The notes: generated from the sequence alone by a model not told the origin. A DNA stretch of 56,554 nt, filler included, from Sphacelaria rigidula (GCA_964200075.2; 5 parts of 5 records of this genome joined end to end with filler, not necessarily neighbours in it), one strand, 5' to 3'. Counted from the whole stretch's first letter, positions 1 through 11,229 are shown. Program-made: numbers and translations.

Positions 1-1201
1 CCACGACCTCTATTTCATACAGACCCGCGCGCTGAGTACAAGATTCAGCCCTTAGACCTAGGGTGGGGCAGTTTTCAATATACTGCTGTATGTTAAATGA
101 AGTGAAGCTTGTATAATTTTGTTCGCGCAGGAACACAGTCGAATCATATTTGTGCGGTCTGCACGTACTGAGTGCAGGATATATGGATTGCTGCTGTTAG
201 CGTGAAAATGAGCTGAAAAGTACGAAATGCGTAGGTTCGTCGTATGTGAGCAGGTATGACGCGAGTCCTGCCGGTGGTTGAAGATAAAGATATTATGCGC
301 GCATGCATCAACGATCTTTGACCGTGGCATGTTTTTGTATGAATTGTCACGTGTTTGAACGAGTACGTGGTTGAGCTATCGTTCATGTCAGAAGGAGCAT
401 GTGGATGATGCGTCCATTTCTTCGAAGAACTGGTGCAGGTGGACTGCAAGAGTGTCGAGGGAATAATTATTTCTACATTTTGGCTGGTGCACGGATGGTA
501 TATGACGGTCCAAGATCCAAACGAAATATAGAAATGTCTGGGATTTGCTCGAAAGCAAGAGTTTGAGAACGATAGTACCACGGGTGATGAATGATGGCGG
601 AGGTCGAGGTCCGTTTGCCGTCGTTGGATTTGTATGCATGGCTTGAAAAGCGGCTTGAGCCATGGCTTTCCTTTGATTGTCTATGACATTAAGGCAAGTT
701 GAAGCATTGGAGCTTTGACGGCGGGGAGGTATGCGATGCATACGTTCTTTACGGTGTTGCAGAAGCAAGAGGTCAGGTGCGTTTTAGACGTGTGGGGTGC
801 GTTATTTCCTTCTAACGTGAGGATGATGTATCATTTGGCTATTGCACTCCGTGGCGCAGGTGTTGAACGTACAGAGAGTGCATTTTGTATGTTGAGAAGA
901 ACCTTGTCTCGGATGAGAGAGGCGATGAGTCACGAATGCTCTGGAATTTGGCGTTTGCTGACATTTCCGGTTTCGTGCCGATGAAGAATCAAGAGACTTG
1001 TTTTGGGCGAAGATTTGAGACTTTGGTGCTAGCTATCGCTTTGTAACTCGAACTGGTGCAAGCAGCGTGATTGCATGTGCATGATGGACGATCTTTTCTT
1101 GGAATCTCTTGCGAGTTGTTCGAAAGTGGGGGAAGCTTGTATGGAGCTGTTGTCGAAAGCAGCGAAGAGATTGCATTTCTTTGCGGGAAGCGACGGTACC
1201 A

Positions 1202-2134
1202 TCAGGCACCAATGTTGATAACGAAGTTGTGGCGATGGGGTGAGACACCTTCTGTGTGATTGTTGCCGTGTTCATTGAGGACGACAGGGGGGTTCAATTC
1301 CCGACCGTCCGACTGTGTCTGCTGGGCGCCTGTGTAGGCTGAAGGTGTGCTCTGTGGTACAGAGGTGGCTTCGTTGGTTATGAAATCCCTCAGTATAACA
1401 GAGCGAGTGCGGGGTCTACCGGGTCTACGTGGTTCTTCCTGGATCTTGTCATGCAGTGCTACTATTTTTTCTCGAGCAAAAGGCATCTCTGACAGTTGTG
1501 TCATTGTCTCCCTTACTCCCGCCTCAGTTCTCTGTATGTCGAATATCTGGCTGTTTTGTAGTGCGAGTTCGTCGATTGAGCAGTCCATACAGCCTGTAGT
1601 GCCTGCAATCGACCACAACGCTGTTATGGGGGCAGATCCTACAAATTTCCCGCTCTCTCCTCCTATTTGGCTCAAGGGGACTCCATCCAACACCGGTCCT
1701 TGCGGGTCGTTCGTGCGCCGGTCAGATTTCAGAGATGGGTCACCCGGAAAAGCGTCGTCAACATCTTTACCTTCCAAGGTGTTGCCAAATTGCCGTGATA
1801 GCGCATCGGGAAGTTGGTGGGATGTACCTGCTCTCCACCGTAGTGTCATGTCGTACTCCTTCAAGCGTAGTGCCCAACGATGTAGGTTGAGTTCGAGGTC
1901 TCTGCTCCTGAATAACCAGAGGAGAGCGCTGCAATCTATTACGAGGCTAAATCTTTTACCTGTGATGTATATTCTAAAGTGCCCCGTCGCCCACAGGACG
2001 GTCATGCATTCTCGGTGTGTTGCTGCTCTCAGTGAATCGGTAAGCGAGAACCGGTGACTCGCGTATATGCCACCACTTTCTCGACACCCTGATCGTCTGG
2101 CACAGCGTCGCGCCTGCCTCCAAGATACTCGCAT
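1202..2134 (-). pseudogene. Gypsy pol: RNase H C-terminal part plus long spacer
   Basis: RECMTVLWATGHFRIYITGKRFSLVIDCSALLWL...HRWALRLKEYDMTLRWRAGTSHQLPDALSR matches Ty3/Gypsy RNase H; frameshifted relative to the RT frame near 2090. Confidence 0.9.
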
Positions 2135-3176
2135 CGGTGTGTAGGGTGAAGGGGTGGTCCCACGAGGGATATACTAGAACCGGTGGGGAGACTAGTGCCT
2201 TCTTCGGTTTATCGAAGGCCTGTTGCTTCCCGTCAACCCACGGTATTCTCAATTTCCTCGCACGTTTGGATTGAAAGCGAGGATCACGTAGGATGTCCGT
2301 CCGAGGAGCCGCGATGATGCTGTAATGGTCGACGAATGATCGCATGTGACCAGTCATACCGAGGAAGGCACGTAGCTCTTCTACCGTGTTCGGGGGGGAG
2401 AGCTTACTGACTGCTTCAATTTTGGATGGGGCTGGGCGTCTACCCTCACGGTCGATCACCATCTCCAAGAATTCCTGGTCAGGCATGCACCATGACGATT
2501 CCGCAAAGTTGACAGAGTATTTTGCTCCCAAAAGAGCCGAGAGAACTTTTCGTACCAGGGAAAGGTGTTCGGAGAGGGTTTTACTGAATATAAGTATGTC
2601 GTCCGGCCATATTTCTTGAACACCCTTACCTATGAGGGGCCCTCGGGTTTCGGAAATACCCGTGGTGGAGCCGGAAAGGAGGGTTTTTAGCCCAAAGCTA
2701 CACCTGTTATACTCCCCTATTTTACCGAGTGCATCTCTGAAGGCTGCCTTGTGCTTGTCGTACTCCTCGATTCCGAGTTGGAAGTACCCTGATGCGAGGT
2801 CTAATGTGGAGAAGTATTCATTTCCACTAAATTTGTCGTGCATGCTTTTAATGTCTGCCCGACCCCCGCTGTCTGTTTCTGTGAGATCGTTTAGTTCCCT
2901 GCAGTCATGGCATAGGCGGAGTGTACCGTCTTTTTTCGGTACTGCGAGGGATCTCGCAGCCCACTCCGACTCTGATCGACGAATGAAAACTCGTTGGTGG
3001 AGTTTCCCCACTTCCGCTTGAATTGCTTCTGTTTCGGCCGGGGAGAAGAGTCGCTGCTTTGTTACCACAGGTTTACATCGTTCATCTCGCAGTAGAATAC
3101 AAATCTTACCTTGATCACATGGTCGGATTTTCTTGGAGTCTGCTGGAAGAATACCTCGACGGCGGAACTCGTCCAA
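1974..3176 (-). pseudogene. Gypsy pol: reverse transcriptase and start of RNase H
   Basis: VPKKDGTLRLCHDCRELN, FSTLDLASGYFQL, SFGL, WPDDILIFS (catalytic xxDD), LRAFLGMTG, FTLHTDAS. Confidence 0.95.
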
Positions 3177-3609
3177 CAGTGTCAGAAGCTTCTGTTTCTC
3201 AGGAGTGCTAAGTTATCCAAGGTTGGCTTCATTGAGATTGGGCATGATTGTATCCTTGTTCATCTCTCTTCCTTCCCCGGTGTTTGCGTCGGACGTTCGT
3301 GTCTACATGGAGAGTGATATTTCTTTCTCGTGGTTTACTAGGACAGATGGGGAAAGTAGCGCGTGAAGGCGTTTTTCATCATTGGTGTTGACCGCGACTA
3401 CCTGTGCTATCTGCCAGTGCTATCTGCCGGTTGGCCTGTCTGAGGCTCAGATTGGGGCTTCTGTTCACGACCTTGCATGCCACGGGTGTACCTGGCTCCC
3501 ACCACTGGATACCTCTCGCTACATCTAGCACCGGATCTTTCTCCAAATCATAATCCTCGGTAGGTAACATCAGTACCAATTGCCGTACTTGGGAGAGGGG
3601 GCCATTGGT

Positions 3610-4539
3610 TCATCCCTCTATTGCTGTGCTAACGAAGCCTGGTAGTTGTAGCGGTGAGGATAAGGAAAATGCCCACTGCAGCGTACCATCGTCTTCCCAC
3701 ACAGCTTTGCCCATGAATGTCTCACTGACTGCTTGGTCTGTGATCGTTGCGATAGAGGGGAGGAAAGCGTCTAGCGGAAACGGGGAATACAGATCCGGCT
3801 CTTCGATTTCTTCTTCGGGTATGACTGCACAAAACATGTCCCACAACTCCTTGTTCACGTCATGTGTATCCTCCGAATGATTCGACACTTCGATGTCTTT
3901 CTCTGCCAACTGGGTCGCCCTTGATCGTGTGTCATCGGGTGTGACTTCCTCGGCAACGTCAGGCATATCCCCCGAACCCTTCGACATTTGGGTACCTTCC
4001 GCTACCAGCAGGGTCGCACTTGATGGTGTATCATCTGGTGTGACTTCCTCGGCTACATCAGACATATCCTCCGAATCATTCGACATTTGTATATCCCCCA
4101 CTGCCAACAGGGTCGCACTTGATGGTGTGTTAGTTGGTGTGAACGTTGAGGCACGATTGTCGAATGGTATCCATGGTGCGTCGGGAATAGGGCGGAATCC
4201 CTGCTGTAGGCTAAATGATAGGACGCTCGAGTGTTTGCGGAAGAACGCTGCGCCTAGTACTAACGCGTATGGGAAGCCCTTGACACGTACTGCTACGTTG
4301 CGTACTTTATCATCTGGGGGAAAGATGACTGGGATTGTGGGAGAGGCTAGGATTTCCATTGGTGGTACCTTGTCTTCCTCTGGGTTCGCTGCTCTCAACG
4401 TCCCTGCGCCTCTCTTGTCTAGTTTGCGATAAGGTAATCCTCCCCACTTACAAATCGACCGCCAGGAAGCACCGGGCACGTAGTTTCCCCCACCAGCTCC
4501 TGTGTCCAATGGGACGGAGACAGGAAGTCGCATGATCAC
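3610..4539 (-). pseudogene. Gypsy aspartic protease plus acidic repeat spacer
   Basis: VPLDTGAGGGNYV catalytic motif and ALVLGAAFF (ILG-like motif), followed by three 33-aa repeats. Confidence 0.85.
3853..4130. repeat. About 3 x 99-bp in-frame tandem repeat
   Basis: TCGACA[C/T]TT anchors at 3882, 3981 and 4080 (period 99); protein unit TPSSATLL...DVAEEVTPDD. Confidence 0.9.
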
Positions 4540-4699
4540 TTCATGGGGGTGCCAGATTTTCGCCTGTACCTATATTTGGCTCTTGCGAGTTTTGCTTGCG
4601 GCTAATCGTTCGGCGGCTGCAACAACTTCTTCCTCACTTCCAGTATTGGTACGTGGTTATACTCGCTCCTTGCTGAACTCGTACTACTAGTGGGTTTCA

Positions 4700-6296
4700 T
4701 AGATGGCCCCTTGCTGGAGTTCCCCGGGAGCGAGGTGTTACCCGGGGCGCACCTTCAGGTGGTGTGTTCTGCTCCATCTTCGTGGTCGCTCTCGAACTCG
4801 AGTCCAGTGATCGCGGAAATTATTTCGAATTGTTCAGGGGTTACAGTGAGACGACGTGATTTTTTATTGGGTGGTTCTATTTCGTCAGTTTTTTGTGTGC
4901 GCTTCTATCCTCCCGTTTGTGACCGAGAGGCCTAAGAGTAGAAACCTTTTGGTAGGATATTTACTTCATGTGTGTATGGGAACCGCGGGCGTGTACATTC
5001 TACACCAAAGGCGTGTCAAAAGCAAACTCGTGCGTTGCGTAAGACGTCAATGATTTCTGTACGTGGCGACTCCGGCTGTGGGGGTTACCTATCGTTGTAG
5101 TACCTACTTGACCTTGTGTCGTGGAGGCTGATGCACCTCTTGGGTATGTATTTTGGCGGGGGATGCTAGTGAATTGATTAGTTTTACCCGAGAAAGGTAC
5201 TCTGTGCTGATCCGGTATTGAGGCGGGCTGATTGGAGAAGGCTGCAACTGTACTGTGACAACTTAGGGTTGGAGTGGGTGACTGGCACATGGGTGCGCAG
5301 TGATGACATGTTAGGCTTGGCTGTTGCCACATGTGCTGCTGTGTGTGAGGGCACATGGCTGGATTTGGTTGTATATTTACGCTGCCTCTGCCTCATACTG
5401 CGATAGCGCTGTGTCTTGCGAGCAGAGTTTTCTCCAGATCTTGTTTCGGCTATCCCATCAGAGCAATGCTACGGTAGGGGTGTTTTGCGCGAAATTTTGT
5501 CTGGTTCAGGGGCTCCTAAGGATTCTAGATGCACAAGAATACGGGTCAGGGTATCCTCGTTCTCAAATTCAGTAGGGATATCCCTGGCACATTGCATTTG
5601 TAATCCTGGCGTACTCTCACATATTTAAGAAGTTGTGTTTTGGATGAGATAAGGGGCTCCTAACAATTCTAACCTCAGGAAATATTTGTGCACCCCTACC
5701 GTAGCATAACTCATCAATGCCCGGAGTTCGGCGATGGACGCCGCGCGGGAAGTATTACGCGAGGAGGGTTTGGTGATGGGTGCTGAGTCTAGCTATGCTG
5801 TGCTCCTGTTTCCCAATAACTTGACAAAGTCGAAGAAAATCCTCTCTGCTACCGCTCCTCTGTTCATGATTCTTGCCCCCACTGGGTCCTGTGCTTCTAC
5901 ATCTAAGGGTCTTAGTTCTAGTGACACTCTCATTACCTGGTGATGCATGATGGTTTCAAGACTAGACTGGTCCAAGGTAGAAGTAATCAGGAGTCTGAGT
6001 TTTCGTTCAATAAGGTTGTTGAGGTGGGCTTCGGAGATGTATCTCCAGAAGTATATTTCTTCGGACGCGTGAAGCATCTCTGAATCTACGGTGAAGGCCC
6101 TGTTAAGCAAAACTAAGCGGCGGGCGGCGGTCGACCAAGCTTCCCCCTGTTTGATAGTGACACTATCTAGGGAAAGCCGTGCGGCCTCTGCTGCACCGGA
6201 TTGGAGAGCGGATTCCCTCAATAATTTACGTAACCACTCCGTCACTGAGACTTCATCGGATTGTAACGTAAGGAATGATCCGTGGATAGTTGGCAC
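4700..6296 (-). pseudogene. Gypsy gag-like region, interrupted by a MITE and stops
   Basis: Helical-looking ORF 5793-6296 lies between the 5' UTR and the protease; relic C-x8-C-x4-(F)-x3-H motif at 4968-5024. Confidence 0.6.
5461..5712. mobile_element. Non-autonomous DNA transposon (MITE), GAG...CTC termini with 4-bp TSD (Sola2-like)
   Basis: TIRs GAGCAATGCTACGGTAGGGGTG and CACCCCTACCGTAGCATAACTC; ATCA on both flanks; homologous copy at 49455-49711. Confidence 0.85.
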
Positions 6297-6909
6297 TTAT
6301 ACAACTCTACCACTTTGCGGTTCGTCATGAGTGTCGCACAAGCAAAGTTATGTATAGGTTAGGCGTGCAAGGTAGCCTCTAGATGGGTTGCTCTGTGTAC
6401 GCAAGGCATCCTAGGACCCCGTACAATAGTTTACAACGACTACAGTAATAATGCAAACTCTCTACATCACGCCGAGACCACGCATACCTCTTGCTTGTCG
6501 AGTCCGATCAGCGTGCTCTGTAGAACGGCGGCACGCAATGAGCACTACGTATAGCATGTAGGTTATTTCTTCGTGAAAAGTAGATGGTGTTGTACCCAGC
6601 GGTCAGCAATGGTCGAGTGCAGTTCATTATCAAATGGCAAATATTGCTCTCAGAGATCGTTTGGGGTTTGCTCTTCTTCTGAGCGGATAGGGATCACAGG
6701 CAGTCGCCTATCCCACGTTTAGTGTCTTATCCTCGAGCGGGTTAAGGTGTCAGGACCCGCAGTTGAATCACTTCATAGTCTTCTCTATAGGGTCATTATT
6801 TATCCTGTAGCATCCCCCCCAATAGATTTGCCAAGTGTTTTACCAGGCATACCCAATCGGGTGGAGACTAGCGCAATCAACCAGGGACCGTGTGACATTA
6901 AGGCGGAGC

Positions 6910-7135
6910 TTCATACACACGTCCTCATAGTTTCCCACGAGAAAAATATGGGATAGAGAACCGTTTCGGCTGTACCCAGTTTCGTATACACTTCCCTGCA
7001 GTTCCCTACGAGGAAAATACGGGATAGAGACCCGTTTCGGCTGTACCCAGTTTCATACACACTTCTCTATGGCTTTCCACCGGGAAAGTACGGGATAAAG
7101 ACCCGTTTCGGCTGCACCCAGATTCGGCTGTACCC
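6910..7135. repeat. 3 x 71-bp tandem repeat in the Gypsy 5' leader
   Basis: GGGATA(G/A)AGA(A/C)CCGTTTCGGCTG-like units start at 6950, 7021 and 7092. Confidence 0.85.
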
Positions 7136-7144
7136 GTGGGACCA

Positions 7145-7562
7145 GGTAACTTTCTCATCTTCTGCGTCTCTGAGCTTGAGTGAATGTTCCACCCTTGTTC
7201 ATCCTGTATCGGGTTCTGCACCTGTGAATCACTCACTTGGGGGGGGTGCGCGTCTGGTGGCATGGCTTCTGCTACCTGGAGTTTGCAACCCGTTGACGGT
7301 GTATACTGGATACCACTCACTCTAAACTGCTACTTCCAAACACTCATCGTTCGGGTATCTCACGCGCTCGTGTGGATCAAAGCAATCATATAGCTCACCT
7401 ATCTCTACTCTATCGCTGACGTTCCCGGGACGTGTCTTATGATGCTTGCACTCCGTCTCTGTCTGGCCTTTTCCTTGTTCCCCTGTTTGGCTTCTAGGAT
7501 GACCTTAACCTGGTCTGGTTCATGTTTTAATGTTTGTTTTACGAAATTCTCTAGACCTAACA
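7145..7562 (-). repeat. Putative 5' LTR (~418 bp), followed by PBS-like TGGTCCCAC (7136-7144)
   Basis: Minus strand starts TGTTAGG and ends AAAGTTACC, immediately followed by TGGT. No second LTR in the contig to confirm it. Confidence 0.55.
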
Positions 7563-7591
7563 CGGTGTTAGTGCTGCTCATTTGTCGGGAG

Positions 7592-8107
7592 GGGGACCCA
7601 GCCTGCTGTCCCCAACTTTACAGCCGAGGCGTTGGCGAGTGCGGTCAGCTACCGTCTACGGATATCCTTAGCATGGAGACCGATGAGATGGAAGATACGC
7701 CGTCCCCTCAAGCTCATCACTTACCATGATTGCGTTTATGGGATCATTTTTCGTGTCGTGAGCCTCAAGTATCTACAAGTAGTCTCAAGGGTCTGTCAGG
7801 ACAAGATTTTCGGACACGAGCCCCCCATCCCCGCCCCGGAGGACAGTTTTCCGAAAATTGTCAATGTTTTTTTTTCTGTTGGTTTCATTGAAGAAACTTA
7901 TAAAAAAACCCGGACAAAACCCGGAAAGTCTAGTGGGCTTTGCGAGGGGTACGTATATTTGCTTCTGCTCCTTGCTCGCTCTTTTGCCCCGATGACCTCG
8001 GATGCCGGCCACCCTCACACACATGTATGCACACGAGCGCACGGTAGCGACAGCCAGCAGCCAAAGTAGTAAGTCTATCTTCCGCCTCGCCAACTTGCCC
8101 GGACTAC
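7592..8107. mobile_element. Rearranged copy of a P-like non-autonomous element with its right half inverted
   Basis: 7592-7785 is a direct copy of 8195-8391. 7786-8107 is the reverse complement of 8385-8670 plus the terminus at ~8875-8916. Confidence 0.85.
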
Positions 8108-8838
8108 CAAGGGTCTCTGTCAAAAAACTGTTAAATATTTCTGGACACGTCGGCCCCAAGATCGAAAATTCGAGATCATGAGGGGGCTCGAAAGGGGGGA
8201 CACCCAGCCTGCTGTCCCCAAGCTTACAGCCGAGGCGCTGGCGAGTGCGGTCAGCTACCGTCTATAAATATCCTCGGCATGGAGACCGATGAGATGGCGG
8301 ACACGCCGCCCCCGCAAGCTCATCACTTGCCATGACTGCGTTTATGGGATCATGTTCCGTGTCTTGAGCCTCGAGTATTTATAAGTAGTCCGGGCAAGTT
8401 TGGCGAGGCGGGAGATAGAGTTGCTACTTTGGCTGCAGGCTGTCGCTACCGTGCGCTCGTGTGCATACATGTGTGTGAAGGTGGCCGGCATCCGAGGTCA
8501 TCTGGGCAGTAGAGCGGACAAGGAGCCGGAGCAAATATACGTACCTCGCAAAGCCCACCAGACTTTAAGGTTTTTGTCCGTGATTCATCAATAAATTTCT
8601 TCAAAAAATATCACCAAAAATAGTAATAAAAAAAAGTGACAATTTTCGAAAAATTGCCCTCCGGGCGCGCGGGGGGGGGGGGGGGGGGGTGTCTGATTAC
8701 TTTCTATTTCTATTCCCCAAAAGCCGGGGATCGGCGGGATTATAGACTCGCATGAAAANNNNNNNNNNATATAAAAATAAAAAAGAAAAGAAAAACAAAA
8801 AAGAAGAAAGGAAGGATGGGGGAGTGGGCTGGGTGGGG

Positions 8839-8880
<42 letters not shown>

Positions 8881-8916
8881 CTCCGTTCCCGAAAATCTTC
8901 TTCCAACAGACCCTTG
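8108..8916 (+). mobile_element. Non-autonomous DNA transposon with CAAGGGTC...GACCCTTG termini (P-superfamily-like)
   Basis: TIR CAAGGGTCTCTGT at 8108 and ACAGACCCTTG ending at 8916; spans a 10-N gap (8759-8768) and poly-G runs. Confidence 0.7.
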
Positions 8917-9979
8917 GGAGAGCGACTGTCTATGCCGTGGGTACTAAGAACTAGGGGAAGGCCACATCTGACGCGCGTGGCAGCAGTGCCGCATGTATGT
9001 ATCAACGTCACGGGTCTCGCATGCGTTAAAGTGACGGAACATGGTAAACATCTGGGCCTTCGTGTGCCGCCCCAGAAAAGGTTTGGACCGAAAAGTGCAC
9101 CCCTCCCGTATTATAATCACTCCTGGGCTTGTTCAGTCAAAGGTGACATATCGATACACACAGCCATCATCACGTGAACGCTTGTCGCACACTGGGCCAA
9201 AATTGACACGTCGGACACATTTTCATCTTCCGTTGTCGTGGAGACTCCAGTGCACCCCCCTGGAGAAAAAAATAGTGGATTCTCGCTGAGTCATCCATGC
9301 ATTCGAAACAGGGCAGGCATCCAGTACTACTGTATGTAGCGACATTATTTCAACCAGACGGAGTGAGTGCGGGCGAGAGGAGCGTGAAGGAAGGTGCAAA
9401 GCACTGTGCTATCAATTTTCACGATTCTATGGTGACAGGAACTTCTGCTGCTCCAGAAAACAAAAAGAAGAGGCTATACCTGGGCGCTGCTTGAGATGAT
9501 AAATGCGCATTGATTGGTTGGGCCTACTGTACCATTGAACGACCTGTGAGGAGTTTGTGCTTTACCCAATAGTATCATATAGCACTATTGCCCTATCGTA
9601 TGTTGCCCAGCCTGCTGTTGCGTGGATGGCGAGGAACAAATTTAAGAAACAATTATATGAAATGAGGCTCATCAATATATAATGAGGTTCAAGCCCAAAC
9701 CAGTGCTTTCCCCACACTTTCAGCGATGGTGCCCAATTGTGATATAGAGAGGGGTATAGACAGGTTCCACATCTTCCTAGCTATGATCAATGTGCTGCAA
9801 GCTTGAGTAGGTGCGCAAACGCACTAGGTGTCCGAGTAATAAAAGCTACAAATGCACACGTGCAGATTCACGTGACTGTTGGTCACAGTAGCAACAAACA
9901 AAGGAAGCTTAAAGGCTTGATATATTTTTTAACTCTCACTGATTATTCCCTTGATCGCCCAGCACACTGTTCTCACCAA

Positions 9980-10320
9980 TGGTAAACAGTAGGAGCAGAT
10001 GGTCCGGCTTGAAGGGTAGCTCAAGAGTGAACGAGGGGTGCATGAGGCACGAAAGAGCAACCTATTTTTGAACTCGGCACGGGAAGGCGTTTCGCCTCCC
10101 CGGGACTAGGGCACACCAATCTGTACACTACTCTTCCCCAGCTAGAGTACGCCAGTCTGTACACTAATCTTCCCGAGCTAGGGTAGACCAGTCTGTACAC
10201 CAATCTTCCCAGAGCTATGGGAGCATTCCCCGTGGACAGATCGGATGATCTGTAAGCCAACCTGCCCCAAAGTTGTCTGTGGGAACAAATAACGCCTCTC
10301 TATCTTCCTTCCTCATGACA
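9980..10320 (-). repeat. Putative 3' LTR (~341 bp) with 3 x 36-bp internal repeats (10106-10216)
   Basis: TG...CA termini directly after the PPT; units CTAG(G/A)G....CCA(A/G)TCTGTACAC at 10106, 10142 and 10178. Confidence 0.65.
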
Positions 10321-10935
10321 CTCACCCACCCAGACAAACCTCTATTTGAGCTGTGATGAAATCTCAGGAGCAACTAAAATTGAGGCTTGTCTCACCCATC
10401 AAGTCATGAGGAGACAACGCGAAAAAGAAAAGAAAAGAAAAAAACAAGAGGGAAATGACCGGCCTGGTGCCCGAGCCTCCCACACCTCAAAGAAGAAAAA
10501 CCAAAGGTGCCTCAAAAAGCGCAATTACGCAATTGCGGTTGACTGCGCAGGAGCACACAATGCTGCTGCGAGGTAGCCAACAAACGGAAAAATCACACAA
10601 TGCTTTGACGCGCTGGCTAGATTAAAAGCAAAGCAAAACCCCGCAAAGGACACCGTGGTAATTTCAAGCAAGAGACAAAACTCAAAGACCCGAATGGGGT
10701 CGAGTGTCAGCCAGACAAAACGGCGGTAGCGTAGGGGCCAATGGAGGGGGACGAAGGGGTCCAGAAGAAGTCGTCGAAGAAGTTGATGAGGGCAGAGATG
10801 AGCCGCGATAGGAGAACCCGCGTAGGTGAAGCAGTGCAGAGCAGAGCGTACCTGAGGGGGGACGAAGGAAGTACCAGAACCAAACTGGGAGGGGAGACAC
10901 AAATCGCGTTAAAAGGGAGTGCAAAGGGATAGAAC

Positions 10936-11229
10936 TCAAGATGGTGCATTGATGTCGTGTGTACGATCGACATTGCGCTGAAGACCTCGACGTAAGCCGT
11001 GTGACTTGAAGCGTTGTAGGCACCAAGAACCGTGGAGTGCGGAAGGGCTGGTCGTGTATAAATCGGGGCGAAGCTTGAGCTGAACTGGGCCAGGGTCGTC
11101 GAGGAAACGCACAATGTACGTGTCGACCGCGAGGGCATCGACGGAGTGGATCTGACCTAGCCACCAGAGGTAATCGCTGCCCTTATACCACAAGTAAGCA
11201 CCTTTAGGGAGCGGTTGTTGCTTTGCGCG
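10936..11229 (-). CDS. C-terminal domain of retroelement pol, PWWP/Tudor-like; 5'-partial
   Basis: Frame is open from the contig edge: RAKQQPLPKGAYLWYKGSDYLWWLGQIHSVDALAVDTYIVRFLDDPGP...GSWCLQ; lies upstream of the PPT and LTR. Confidence 0.65.
   Translation of the reverse strand, partial: RAKQQPLPKGAYLWYKGSDYLWWLGQIHSVDALAVDTYIVRFLDDPGPVQLKLRPDLYTTSPSALHGSWCLQRFKSHGLRRGLQRNVDRTHDINAPS

Larger units (their letters stand above)
1202..7562 (-). mobile_element. Ty3/Gypsy LTR retrotransposon, decayed; integrase and 3' LTR not seen before the contig start
   Basis: Order on - strand is LTR-like segment, gag-like ORF, aspartic protease (LDTGA), RT, RNase H. RT directly after protease is the Gypsy order. 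Many stops and frameshifts. Confidence 0.93.

Noticed and set aside
8670-8880. Long poly-G runs as G-quadruplex elements (also near 11365 and 33850)
   Set aside because: They sit next to gaps or contig ends, so their length is unreliable.
6910-10216. 71-bp and 36-bp periodic repeats as a possible CRISPR array
   Set aside because: Whole units repeat with no unique spacers, they lie in retroelement leader/LTR sequence of a eukaryote, and there are no cas genes.
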